Source: Promethearchaeia archaeon | GTDB taxonomy: Archaea > Asgardarchaeota > Lokiarchaeia > Sigyniarchaeales > SOKP01 | Assembly: GCA_029856125.1 (NCBI GenBank) | Contig: JAHQWJ010000014.1 | Span: 128,001-192,000, forward strand | Direction of reading: 5' to 3' | DNA: 64,000 nucleotides | In this document: piece after piece, positions 30,217-39,909 of the stretch | Position numbering within the stretch: the stretch's first letter is position 1 | Layout: every line of letters starts with the position of its first letter | Position numbers and translations under genes: made by a program | Notes under the pieces: model-generated | Database searches by the model: none | Seen by the model: the letters and a program-made list of their open reading frames with translations, nothing else | What the model was told of the DNA's origin: nothing

Positions 30217-30304
30217 TTAATTTGTTATTGAAATTTACTCCTTTACTATAGTTTGGCCGTTTTTTCTTAGGGTTGCTATTATAAGTTCATTAAAAAAAAT
30301 AAAA

Positions 30305-33169
30305 TTAGAAATATATCTCAGATCGTCTTGCCATGTATTTAACAAATTCGAAGGAAACGATACAAATTAACGAAATTAAGAAACACACTAGCCAGTCTAA
30401 TCCCGTAAGGAACATAAATCTAAAGTTTAAGCCCCAATCAGCGAGCGTTACTTGGACTCCAGGAATATACATGAGTGCAAGAAACAGTGCAAACAAGAAT
30501 CCAATTAGTAAGTACATGAATCGGGTGCTATCTTCTTTAATACTCATGATTAATGATTTGTTAGGTCTCCTAATTTGCAGCACTAAAAATGACTCGCAGA
30601 TGAAAATAGTCACCATTAACATAGTAAGAGTTTTAGCTTCGTTTAGAGAAATTCCACTTCCATCTGGGAATGTGAGGGGAGAAAACAAATAGGCTTCGTT
30701 TAAATCTCCGAAATTGATAACAGAAACCTCAGGACCCAAAAGTGTCGTGAAATAAACAACGATCATACTAATTGCTAATAAAGCTCCAAATATAAAGAGA
30801 AGAATTATGGTATTTTTTGATAAGATTTCCTCCTCGTCGTGTGGTTTCTGCTTCATCAAATCTTTAGAATTGCGATCGAATGTGAGAATTAAGCCCGGAA
30901 ATATGTGAACGGTTATCGAGAGGAAAATCCATTGGTAATAAAATGCGTCGTCTAAAAAGTAGGGGAAATTGAGAATAACAGATAAAATAAACTGGACTAT
31001 GCCTTCAAAAACATTTATACAGATATAGAAAAATACAACTGCTCTGATGCGAGCAAAAATGCCACGCCCTTGCTCGATACCTGTAACGATCGATGTAAAA
31101 GAATCATCGCTTATTACCATATCGCTCGCTTCCTTCGCAACATCAGTTCCTTGAATCCCCATAGCTATTCCTGCATCTGCCATATTCAAGGCTAGAGCGT
31201 CGTTAACCCCATCTCCGGTCATAGCCACAACTTGATTAGCTTCTTGGTATTTTTCAATTATATCTTGTTTATGCTCTGGAGATACCCTAGCAAACACTTT
31301 TATTCTGCCAAAATCAAAAAATGATTTAACTTTTTTTATTGCTTTTCCTTCTACTACAATTTCATCCTTGTTTTTAATAATAGAGATTTGTTGGGCAATA
31401 GCTTTCGCCGTTGTGGGAGAATCTCCTGTGATCATTACTACATCCACCCCAGCGTTGTGACATTGCTCAATGCTTTGTTTCACACCTTCCCGAGGAGGAT
31501 CATGGATCGTTACAAACCCAATGTATATCATATCTGACTCGCACAACTTTCTGCTTTTCTCGTCTTCTTGTGGAATAGTATCTAGTTTCTTATAACACAA
31601 ACTCAAGATTCTATATCCTTGTCCAGCGTAGATATCCGAAATCTTCAAAATTTTGTCTCTAATTTCGTTAGAAAATTTTAACTCTTGATCTTTATATAAG
31701 ACTTTTTTGCAGAGCGGGATTAATATCTCACTAGCACCTTTAGTAAAAGAATAAAATTTACCCTCTTTTTTATAAACTTTAGTCATTCTTTTAACTTTAG
31801 AATCGAATGGATGCTCTTTAACGTATTCAAAATCTTCTAGGAGATAATCGCCCATCCCCTTTTGAAAAAGAACCATTAAAGCTCCTTCTGTAGGAGAACC
31901 AATTACATTCCAGTTATTGATAGTTTTTCCTGATACTTCAATCTCATTTTTTACCAATGCTGAGTTATTGTTCAAGAAACCTGAAGTTAAAAGCAATTTG
32001 AGTTGAGGATGGTCATCGATGTGTTTCACATATACTGAATTTTTTGGATCGTCGACTAAAATAATTTCTCCGTCAGGACTATAACCACTACCAGAAACAT
32101 TATATGTAGAACCGTTTGTCCATACATGCTGAATCGACATTTGGTTTTTCGTCAAGGTGCCTGTTTTATCTGAGCAAACTACGCTTACTCGCCCTAAACT
32201 ATCTACTGAAGCGAGATTTCTGATGATGACGCCGTGGCGAGCCATAGTTACAACACCCGTTAACAAAATAATTGTTACAAGAAGAGGTATATTGATAGGT
32301 AGTAAATCCATGGCAGAGTTAAGACTCTTGACTATATTTAACTCACCGGTAGCGCCCCAAAGAATCATGAGAATAAGAAACCAAAAACCGATAACGATCA
32401 ACCCTAACCACTTACCAAAATTATTCATTTTTGCTCGAATTGGAATCTCGCTTGTTCCTGCGTCTTCTAAACCTTGCGATATTTTTCCTATTTCGGTATC
32501 TTTACCTGTTTTTACTGCTATTGCCGTTGCATTACCAGTAGCAATAAAGGTTCCGTAATATACTAAATTAAATCGGTTTGCGATAGCTATATCCTCGTTT
32601 TTTATTGCTGCTCCGTCATGAGCTTTTCTAACCGGCTCAGATTCTCCCGTTAAACTGGATTCGTTAACTTCTAGGTTAGAAGATTGAATGATTCTCCCAT
32701 CAGCAGGTATTCGGTCTCCTTGCTTTAGGACTAGTAAATCGCCAGCTACTACATTTTTTGTCGTAATATCCTCCTTTTGACCATCTCTTATTACCGTGGT
32801 TGTTGGTGCCGTCATTTCTCGTAGTGCGTTTAATTTTTTTGTTGCTCTATATTGCTGTATGATGGCAACTACACAATTGAGAGCCACTATGCCTAAAGTT
32901 AGCATGACGAATATTAAATTTCCCTCGCCCATTGTGATTGCTGCTAAAAACAATATTAACGAAGCGAATAGATAAATTACGATTAACCAATTGAATAAAG
33001 GAGCGAGATATATTTTGATAAATCCTTTAGAAGCTTTCGGAATCTCGTTAAATCCGTAAAGTTCAAGCCGTTTTTGGGCTTCCTCACTTGTTAATCCTTT
33101 AGTTGAATTAGTGTTAAACTTTTTGTAGATTTGATCTAACTCAAAATTATAGTATTTGATTTCTTCCAT
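30305..33169 (-). CDS. P-type ATPase, P2A-like scaffold with a non-canonical substrate site (M4 PINI)
   Basis: TGES, DKTGTLT, KGA, MITGD, GDGVND; about 10 TM. Confidence 0.95.
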   Translation of the reverse strand: MEEIKYYNFELDQIYKKFNTNSTKGLTSEEAQKRLELYGFNEIPKASKGFIKIYLAPLFNWLIVIYLFASLILFLAAITMGEGNLIFVMLTLGIVALNCVVAIIQQYRATKKLNALREMTAPTTTVIRDGQKEDITTKNVVAGDLLVLKQGDRIPADGRIIQSSNLEVNESSLTGESEPVRKAHDGAAIKNEDIAIANRFNLVYYGTFIATGNATAIAVKTGKDTEIGKISQGLEDAGTSEIPIRAKMNNFGKWLGLIVIGFWFLILMILWGATGELNIVKSLNSAMDLLPINIPLLVTIILLTGVVTMARHGVIIRNLASVDSLGRVSVVCSDKTGTLTKNQMSIQHVWTNGSTYNVSGSGYSPDGEIILVDDPKNSVYVKHIDDHPQLKLLLTSGFLNNNSALVKNEIEVSGKTINNWNVIGSPTEGALMVLFQKGMGDYLLEDFEYVKEHPFDSKVKRMTKVYKKEGKFYSFTKGASEILIPLCKKVLYKDQELKFSNEIRDKILKISDIYAGQGYRILSLCYKKLDTIPQEDEKSRKLCESDMIYIGFVTIHDPPREGVKQSIEQCHNAGVDVVMITGDSPTTAKAIAQQISIIKNKDEIVVEGKAIKKVKSFFDFGRIKVFARVSPEHKQDIIEKYQEANQVVAMTGDGVNDALALNMADAGIAMGIQGTDVAKEASDMVISDDSFTSIVTGIEQGRGIFARIRAVVFFYICINVFEGIVQFILSVILNFPYFLDDAFYYQWIFLSITVHIFPGLILTFDRNSKDLMKQKPHDEEEILSKNTIILLFIFGALLAISMIVVYFTTLLGPEVSVINFGDLNEAYLFSPLTFPDGSGISLNEAKTLTMLMVTIFICESFLVLQIRRPNKSLIMSIKEDSTRFMYLLIGFLFALFLALMYIPGVQVTLADWGLNFRFMFLTGLDWLVCFLISLICIVSFEFVKYMARRSEIYF

Positions 33170-33345
33170 TTAAATTCTCCCGGGACTTAATCTTAATTTT
33201 GATTTTATGATAAAAAATAATTATAATAAATACACAATAGAAATTCTTGTTTTTATTTTATAGTATTTTGTTAATAAAAATAGTTATTAAAGATAATTTA
33301 AAAAAATAATAGAAATGATTCAAAAATACAATTATCTATATGGAT

Positions 33346-36213
33346 TTAGAAGAGAATATTTTTTCTCCTCGTAATGTATTTAAATATCTCTATTCCTATT
33401 AAGCCAGGTAGCGCCATTAAAATACATATTATCCAGTCGGTACCACTCAAAAAGAGAAAGTTTAATTGTAAACCTAAGCCAAATTCATCGTTTATATAAT
33501 AATTAACGGCATTTGAAAATAAAACGAACAAGACGTGCAAAGCGAGCGTAAATAAGCTAATTACGAGTAACGTTGACGAAAATTCGTTTTTAAGGCTTTT
33601 GAAAAGCGATTTGTTAGGGCGTCTGAATGTCCAGATGAAGGTAGTTTCAACAATGTAAAGCGTGGTAATAAACATAGTCCTTGCTTTTTGTGCCAACAGT
33701 TCGGGTTGTGTTGATCCAACGGGAATATAACTAATTGTAGGGTTAAGATTCCAATCATTTAATGGGACTAAACCTCCTAACGTAAATTGAAGAACTAAAA
33801 CCAAACCAATTCCCATTAACAACGCTTGTATTACCAACATTACCCACATATTCTTGTTTAATAGTTGTTCCTCGTCTCTGGGAGGTTCTTTCATAACATC
33901 TATTGGATGTTTATCAATCACTAAAGCTAAAGCAGGTAAGGAATGAACTATCGCGTATATATAAATATGCTGCCAATTTGAGCTAAACAAAATAAATGAT
34001 GGGACAAACTCATACGCAAAAAAAATAACGGATTCCATTAGATTTAAGCAGATAAAAAAGAATATGATCGTTCGAATTCTAGCAAACAAACCACGACCAA
34101 TTTTTACACCCCTAACTATAGATGTGAAGTTATCGTCGCTTATGACCATATCAGCGGTTTCTTTAGCTACATCAGTTCCCATTATACCCATGGCTATCCC
34201 GGCATTCGCTAATTTTAAAGCTAACGCGTCGTTAATACCGTCTCCCGTCATAGCACAGATGTGATTCTCTGACTGATACTTTTCTATTATTATCTCTTTA
34301 TCTGAAGGATTGACTCGCGCAAATACCGACACTCTATTGAAATCTTTATCGTTTAAATTGTTAATTTCTGAACTTTCTACTATTAAATCCCCTTCATTAT
34401 AAATTCTCATTTGAGCTGCAATAGTTTTGGCTGTTGCTGGATGGTCGCCTGTGATCATTGAAATTTTAATACCGGCTAATTCACATTCCTCTACTGAAGC
34501 TCTCACTCCTGGTTTGGGAGGGTCCAATATCGAAACAAAACCTAAGAAGACAAGATCATTTTCAACTTTTCCTCTTTTAAAATCTTGTTCGCCCTTTATT
34601 TTTCTATAACCAATAGCTAAAGTTCGATATCCTTGGTTCGCTCGGATTTGAATTTTATCGATTAAGAGTTTTTTTAATCTTTCAGTTAATGTTTCTTCTA
34701 CACCGTTTATTTCAATTATACTTGATATGTCTAAGATCCTCTCCGGTGCTCCTTTGGAGAATGCTATAATAATAGAATTATTAGTTTTAAGTTTACATAC
34801 AGTAGTCATTCGTTTAACTTCTGAAGTAAATGAAAACTCCTTTAATATAGAGTATTTATTTTTTATATCATAAGGAATGTATCCTGCCTTTTCAGCTAAC
34901 ACTAATAAAGAAGCCTCTGTTGGCGAGCCTAAAGCTTTTCTTACGGCAATTTCCTTTGATTCTTTCAACTGGACTTTAACATCTTCATACACTAATTTAG
35001 CGTTATTATTTAAGACGCTTGAATCAATGAATTTGATAAATGTAGAATTTTCCTCAAAGCTCATTTTCTTTCCATTTTCGAGAATAATTCCTTCCGGATC
35101 ATATCCTGAACCCGTAACTTGGTATTCGTTGTTATTTATCCAAAATCTTTCAACGGTCATTTCGTTTTTAGTAATGGTTCCAGTCTTATCTGAACAAATT
35201 ACAGATACACGGCCAAGTGATTCGATTGCTGACAAATTTTTTATTATTACTCCACTTTGAGCCATATTAAGTACTCCTGTAACGAGAACGAGCGTTGTTA
35301 GTAAAGGTAGGTTAATAGGCATGATTCCCATTGATATTAAAATAGAATCTATAATCGCTTCAGTTATATTATCACCAAAAAATCGACCTTCTAATCCTAA
35401 AATAGAAAATTTATACACAATTAAGACGATTAAGTAAAGGATAACTATCGTTCCAAGGATATACCCTAACCTATTTAGTTTTCTTGTCAGTGGAATGTCC
35501 TCGATACTTCCCATATCTTTAAGTTGATTTGAAATTTTACCAATCTCAGTATTAAGGCCTGTTCCAGCGACAAGTGCTTTCCCTCTACCAGTATTTATGT
35601 AAGTCCCCATGAACACCATATTGCTTTGTTTCTGAATGGGTAATTCTCTATCTTTTAGTGACTTATTATTTTTTTCTACCGGCTCACTCTCCCCGGTGAG
35701 TGGCGCTTCGTCAATAGTTAAATTGGTTGACTCAATAATTCTCGCATCTGCACCTATTTTATCGCCTTGCTCTAATAAAATAATATCCCCTGGAACTAGT
35801 TCTTTTATAGGAATTTCAAACTGAATTCCATCTCGCAGGACAACCGTTTTTAAAGCGGCAATTTGTCTTAAAGCGTCTAATGCTTTTCGAGCCCTATATT
35901 GTTGAGTTATTACGGTTATTGAATTAATAACTACTACTGTAAAAGTAATGATTGTTGATGTTATATCTCCGAGTATTATAACGATTGTTGCCGAAATAAT
36001 CAGTATTATTATTAAAAAATTGAAAATTGGTGCTAAATAGATTTTCCACAGAGATTTTTTAATTTTTGGTAATTCATTAAAGCCATATTTGATGTATTTT
36101 TTCTCTATTTCAGAAGTTTTCAAACCCTTGTTAGAATCAGTCTGAAACTGAGTAATTAAATCATCTATTGATTGAGAATACGCTATATCAGAACGAGGTT
36201 GGGTTTGATTCAT
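33346..36213 (-). CDS. P-type ATPase, P2A-like scaffold with a non-canonical substrate site (M4 PINL)
   Basis: TGES, DKTGTIT, KGAPE, MITGD, GDGIND; tandem paralog. Confidence 0.95.
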   Translation of the reverse strand: MNQTQPRSDIAYSQSIDDLITQFQTDSNKGLKTSEIEKKYIKYGFNELPKIKKSLWKIYLAPIFNFLIIILIISATIVIILGDITSTIITFTVVVINSITVITQQYRARKALDALRQIAALKTVVLRDGIQFEIPIKELVPGDIILLEQGDKIGADARIIESTNLTIDEAPLTGESEPVEKNNKSLKDRELPIQKQSNMVFMGTYINTGRGKALVAGTGLNTEIGKISNQLKDMGSIEDIPLTRKLNRLGYILGTIVILYLIVLIVYKFSILGLEGRFFGDNITEAIIDSILISMGIMPINLPLLTTLVLVTGVLNMAQSGVIIKNLSAIESLGRVSVICSDKTGTITKNEMTVERFWINNNEYQVTGSGYDPEGIILENGKKMSFEENSTFIKFIDSSVLNNNAKLVYEDVKVQLKESKEIAVRKALGSPTEASLLVLAEKAGYIPYDIKNKYSILKEFSFTSEVKRMTTVCKLKTNNSIIIAFSKGAPERILDISSIIEINGVEETLTERLKKLLIDKIQIRANQGYRTLAIGYRKIKGEQDFKRGKVENDLVFLGFVSILDPPKPGVRASVEECELAGIKISMITGDHPATAKTIAAQMRIYNEGDLIVESSEINNLNDKDFNRVSVFARVNPSDKEIIIEKYQSENHICAMTGDGINDALALKLANAGIAMGIMGTDVAKETADMVISDDNFTSIVRGVKIGRGLFARIRTIIFFFICLNLMESVIFFAYEFVPSFILFSSNWQHIYIYAIVHSLPALALVIDKHPIDVMKEPPRDEEQLLNKNMWVMLVIQALLMGIGLVLVLQFTLGGLVPLNDWNLNPTISYIPVGSTQPELLAQKARTMFITTLYIVETTFIWTFRRPNKSLFKSLKNEFSSTLLVISLFTLALHVLFVLFSNAVNYYINDEFGLGLQLNFLFLSGTDWIICILMALPGLIGIEIFKYITRRKNILF

Positions 36214-36318
36214 TTCACTATCTATTTCTAATTTAGATTACATTAATTGCTAATAAATAGTGATTTAAACATTTTTAATTATATATTTTTTTCTCAAAAA
36301 CAAAGGTATGTGTTATGA

Positions 36319-37272
36319 TTAGAGATTAAATTCGGAAGGATCTCCTAATATAGCAATTAAGACATGAAATTTTTTTCTGATGGTTGTACTCGAAAATCTG
36401 CTTGTTTGTTCAACAATACTTTGAGTAAAAATCTTGCGATTATCTAAAGTCTGTCCAATATAGTAAATTAATCCCGCTGTAAAAGCCTTGTAGTTCAGGT
36501 TTAGGATTTGCTCGTAAGAAATTTTCTGTAAAATTTTAGCTGCTAATAATTGCATTTCCAATTTTAATCTTATGTAATCTGGCTCGCTGGAGAAGTGTTG
36601 TTCAACTCGTTCAAAATTGATATTGTTTAAATCCTTCTGAAATAAAATTTTAATCTTATTTTTTATCTCTTCTTCTAGATTTATCGCGTTTTTATACCCC
36701 TTCAACCTTTTATCTGTTCTTTTAACTTTTAACATCGCATTGTTGAGCATCTTTTTGTTTATCTTATGGCCTAACTCTTTAGATGCTTTGATGAAATCTT
36801 CAATCCTAACATTTGTGGTTTCTTTTATTTCCATCCAAATGATTGCAAGAAAGATAATTACCATATTTTCATATGTCTGTCTATGATATTTGTTATACCG
36901 GAGATAATTGTCTTTTATTTCGTTGTATTTAGCCTTATCAATATTTAGTCCAATACCATAACTTTTGAGCATGCTAATAGTTTTTTTTTGCTCAGTAAAA
37001 CTACTCTGAGAATCCTTAAACCATTTGGACAAAGTTTTAATTTGCTCAAAACGAGCTTTCGTTTTTGGATCCTGAGTAGCTCTTGAGTCACTTATTCTTA
37101 TTTTTCTTTCGTAATCTATTTGGGACTCAGAATAAAAGTCAGGAGACGGAACATTCTCAAAAGCGATTTTATCTTTATCAATTAAACCACAATTTTGACA
37201 AACATAGTATCCCCCTTCCAACTTTAAGTTCTTGTGTTCACATTCAGCTATTTCTTTATTAGTTTTATTCAA
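36319..37272 (-). CDS. Divergent TFIIB/TFB-like protein
   Basis: N-terminal Zn ribbon CEH...CQNCG; C-terminal cyclin repeat with AGLIY and TQSIV...SSTTIRKKF. Confidence 0.75.
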   Translation of the reverse strand: MNKTNKEIAECEHKNLKLEGGYYVCQNCGLIDKDKIAFENVPSPDFYSESQIDYERKIRISDSRATQDPKTKARFEQIKTLSKWFKDSQSSFTEQKKTISMLKSYGIGLNIDKAKYNEIKDNYLRYNKYHRQTYENMVIIFLAIIWMEIKETTNVRIEDFIKASKELGHKINKKMLNNAMLKVKRTDKRLKGYKNAINLEEEIKNKIKILFQKDLNNINFERVEQHFSSEPDYIRLKLEMQLLAAKILQKISYEQILNLNYKAFTAGLIYYIGQTLDNRKIFTQSIVEQTSRFSSTTIRKKFHVLIAILGDPSEFNL

Positions 37273-37444
37273 GGATTCAACATTTGATTAATCTAATTAT
37301 AATCTATCACATCTATTCAAAAAAAGTATTAATCTTTAATTTATAAATGTAGCATAAAAAAACCATCAAATTAAATATTATATAAAAGATTTAAAAGAAA
37401 ATAATGAGTATTAAATATAATCAGAAAAAAACAAGCGATTACTT

Positions 37445-38014
37445 ATGGAGCGTAAAGTCGTAATAAAATGGGTAAAAATTTTTAGTATTAGTTTTCTTAT
37501 TCTTTCATTACTTGGATTAGTTGATCTCATCTTGCTCAGCACTCTTATTAATCTAACTTTAGATAGTGAGCAATTTACTATTATTACGATAATTTTTCAA
37601 TCAGGCTTTATGACTTTTCACGCAGTGTTGCTATGGATTGTTTTACTCAGTATTTTTTGTGGCTTTATTGCGTTATCATACTCCATTTTTAAAGTCGTTA
37701 ACAATAACACCATTGGAGATAAAATTTTTGCTAAATTTTTATTGCTTATAGGTTTATTCCTAATTATTGGCGGTTTTATCACCATGAGTTTCATAGTTTT
37801 ATTAGGTGAAAGCACCATCAATACAGGTATCACTACTATTATTTTCCAAGAAGCTCTCCTTTCGCCTTCGATTACTCCTGTTATTGGAGCGATTATGTGG
37901 TTTTATTTCCCTTTTGTTGTTTCTTGCTTTTTAATCTCTGGATTAATTTTCAGCGGAATTGGTCTTAAATGGTTGCTACTTATTGAAGAAAAAGAAGAAT
38001 CCACTGATAATTAA
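37445..38014 (+). CDS. 4-TM membrane protein of unknown function
   Basis: Four hydrophobic segments. Confidence 0.7.
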   Translation: MERKVVIKWVKIFSISFLILSLLGLVDLILLSTLINLTLDSEQFTIITIIFQSGFMTFHAVLLWIVLLSIFCGFIALSYSIFKVVNNNTIGDKIFAKFLLLIGLFLIIGGFITMSFIVLLGESTINTGITTIIFQEALLSPSITPVIGAIMWFYFPFVVSCFLISGLIFSGIGLKWLLLIEEKEESTDN

Positions 38015-38097
38015 GGCTGAATATTAACTTATGATTCAGTTTCTTATAACAAAAAAAAGGAAATTAATTTAATCTGCCCGATCTATGACATCCCTTA

Positions 38098-39030
38098 CTA
38101 GAGCTTACCTTTGATTTGTTTAGCTCTACTACGTAAAGTGACTTCTGTTATTTTAGCGATATTTGCTACGAGAGATTGTGTTCTTCTTATCGCTCCATCT
38201 TTTGCTGCGATATAGATACACGCTGCAGCTAATCCTTTCGGATCCTTCCCTGTTCGCTGTAAACCATTCTTAGATGCAGTTCTTAACATGTCGATTGCAA
38301 CTTTTTGGATTTTCATAGGAAGTTCCAATTCGTTACCAAACCGAAAGACTAAACTCTCAGCGGTGATAGGCTGATATCTAAGACCTAAACTGGGAAGTAC
38401 TTCTCTTATAATCATCGCTAGACTCCTGTGTACAGTTCTTCTAGGAGTTAACGAAGCTTCACAAACCTCGTCTAATAACCGTGGAAAATCGTGTACTCTA
38501 ATCGCGGCGTATAAAGATCCCGCTATAAATCCATTAATCGACCTTCCCATTGTTAATTTTTTCTTAGCTACTATGCTATAAATCTTCCACGCAGTTTCTG
38601 AAATGTATTCAGGAATATTTAGTTTTGAGGTAAGCATTTTCAATTTGGGTTTAGCTTCCCAAAAGTTACGTTCTATACTTGAAATAAGAGAATTTTGAAT
38701 TTTTGATAATCTTGAAAACAAAGCTTGCTCCTTTGGACCTATTGACTTACCCTTTGAATCGGTTTTCGTGGTTGGGAGCATTGTCCTCGGTCCAAAATCC
38801 CGCCACCTCGGCTCAGTCCTTCGGCGGTTCTGTATCTCTTCCACAGTGTAAGCTCTTCGCTCATTGCCAACATAGGTTCTTTCTGCGATCATGCCGCAAT
38901 TTAAGCAAACTTTATTCCCATCGCGTTCTTCTATTGATGGGGTTGAACAACACTCGATATTTTTATTGGGCAAATTATCTTGATCATCATTATCTTTAGA
39001 AATTAATCGATCACGGTAATTGCTATTCAT
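38098..39030 (-). CDS. tfb: Transcription initiation factor IIB
   Basis: Zn ribbon CC...CLNCG, ERN, GRS...AGSLYAAIR, PR.LDEV, GKDPKGLAAACIY, TQ...ITEVTLR. Confidence 0.95.
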   Translation of the reverse strand: MNSNYRDRLISKDNDDQDNLPNKNIECCSTPSIEERDGNKVCLNCGMIAERTYVGNERRAYTVEEIQNRRRTEPRWRDFGPRTMLPTTKTDSKGKSIGPKEQALFSRLSKIQNSLISSIERNFWEAKPKLKMLTSKLNIPEYISETAWKIYSIVAKKKLTMGRSINGFIAGSLYAAIRVHDFPRLLDEVCEASLTPRRTVHRSLAMIIREVLPSLGLRYQPITAESLVFRFGNELELPMKIQKVAIDMLRTASKNGLQRTGKDPKGLAAACIYIAAKDGAIRRTQSLVANIAKITEVTLRSRAKQIKGKL

Positions 39031-39304
39031 TATAAAATCACAAAGATTATGTTATTATATCATCTATAGTGCCATCTTAACATAAGACTTATAAAAAATT
39101 AGATGAATGTTACGACTTTAATAATATCATAATATCCAAGTCGCGTTAATAAATGTTTGTACGATTTTGAAGAAATTGGACATTTTTATTGACGGGGAAT
39201 ACCATGGGAATTAATGATCCTAGTAATTTTTTTTACGATAATCTATAAGAAATAAGCTTAAGAAAAATCCATATTTCTATCTATTAATTAATCAATGAAA
39301 TAAC

Positions 39305-39829
39305 GTGTTTACTATGGATTTTTATGAAGCTGTAAAGAAGAGAAGAAGTTATAGAGTGTATAAACCTGACATGCCAGAAGATGATAAGGTTACTCGAATT
39401 CTAGAAGCTGCTAGATTGGCTCCTACATGGGCAAATATGCAAGGGATGCATTATATTGTTGTTAAAGACCCTGAAACCGTGAAAGGAGTATGGAAAGCAG
39501 TTGGTCAAAGAAAAAAATTTGTTGAGGCACCCATGTACGTTGTAGGTGTCATTTCTGAATCAGGTTCTGGGACTAATACTAATGGTATAAAATATTTTCC
39601 TTTAGATTGCGGAATCTGTTTTGAACATTTAATTTTAGCTGCAACAGCTGAAGGTTTAGCTACTTGTTGGATTGGATGGTTTAATGAAACTAGAGTTAAA
39701 AAAGTTCTTGAAATACCTGAAGAATTTAGAGTCATGGCTTTAACACCATTAGGATATCCTGTTAAAGAAAAAGGAGAAGTCATAGAACGTAAGCCTATTG
39801 AAGAAATCGTACATTACGACAAATTCTAA
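39305..39829 (+). CDS. Nitroreductase family protein
   Basis: RRSYRVY, APTWANMQ, GLATCWIG, LGYP. Confidence 0.92.
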   Translation: MFTMDFYEAVKKRRSYRVYKPDMPEDDKVTRILEAARLAPTWANMQGMHYIVVKDPETVKGVWKAVGQRKKFVEAPMYVVGVISESGSGTNTNGIKYFPLDCGICFEHLILAATAEGLATCWIGWFNETRVKKVLEIPEEFRVMALTPLGYPVKEKGEVIERKPIEEIVHYDKF

Positions 39830-39909
39830 TTTAACTTGAAAATCTTTCTTTTTGATTTTTGATTTTTTTTTAAAGAAAAAGTAAAATAATCTCATATTTT
39901 ATTTCATAT

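Noticed and set aside
30305-36213. Annotation as ordinary Ca2+-ATPases, or as true P4 ATPases
   Set aside because: Ca2+ ligands in M4/M6 are missing, but the A-domain motif is TGES rather than the P4 DGET, so neither label is supported
37445-38014. Possible CDC50-like beta subunit for the unusual ATPases
   Set aside because: Has four TM segments and no large ectodomain; CDC50 has two TM segments around a large loop
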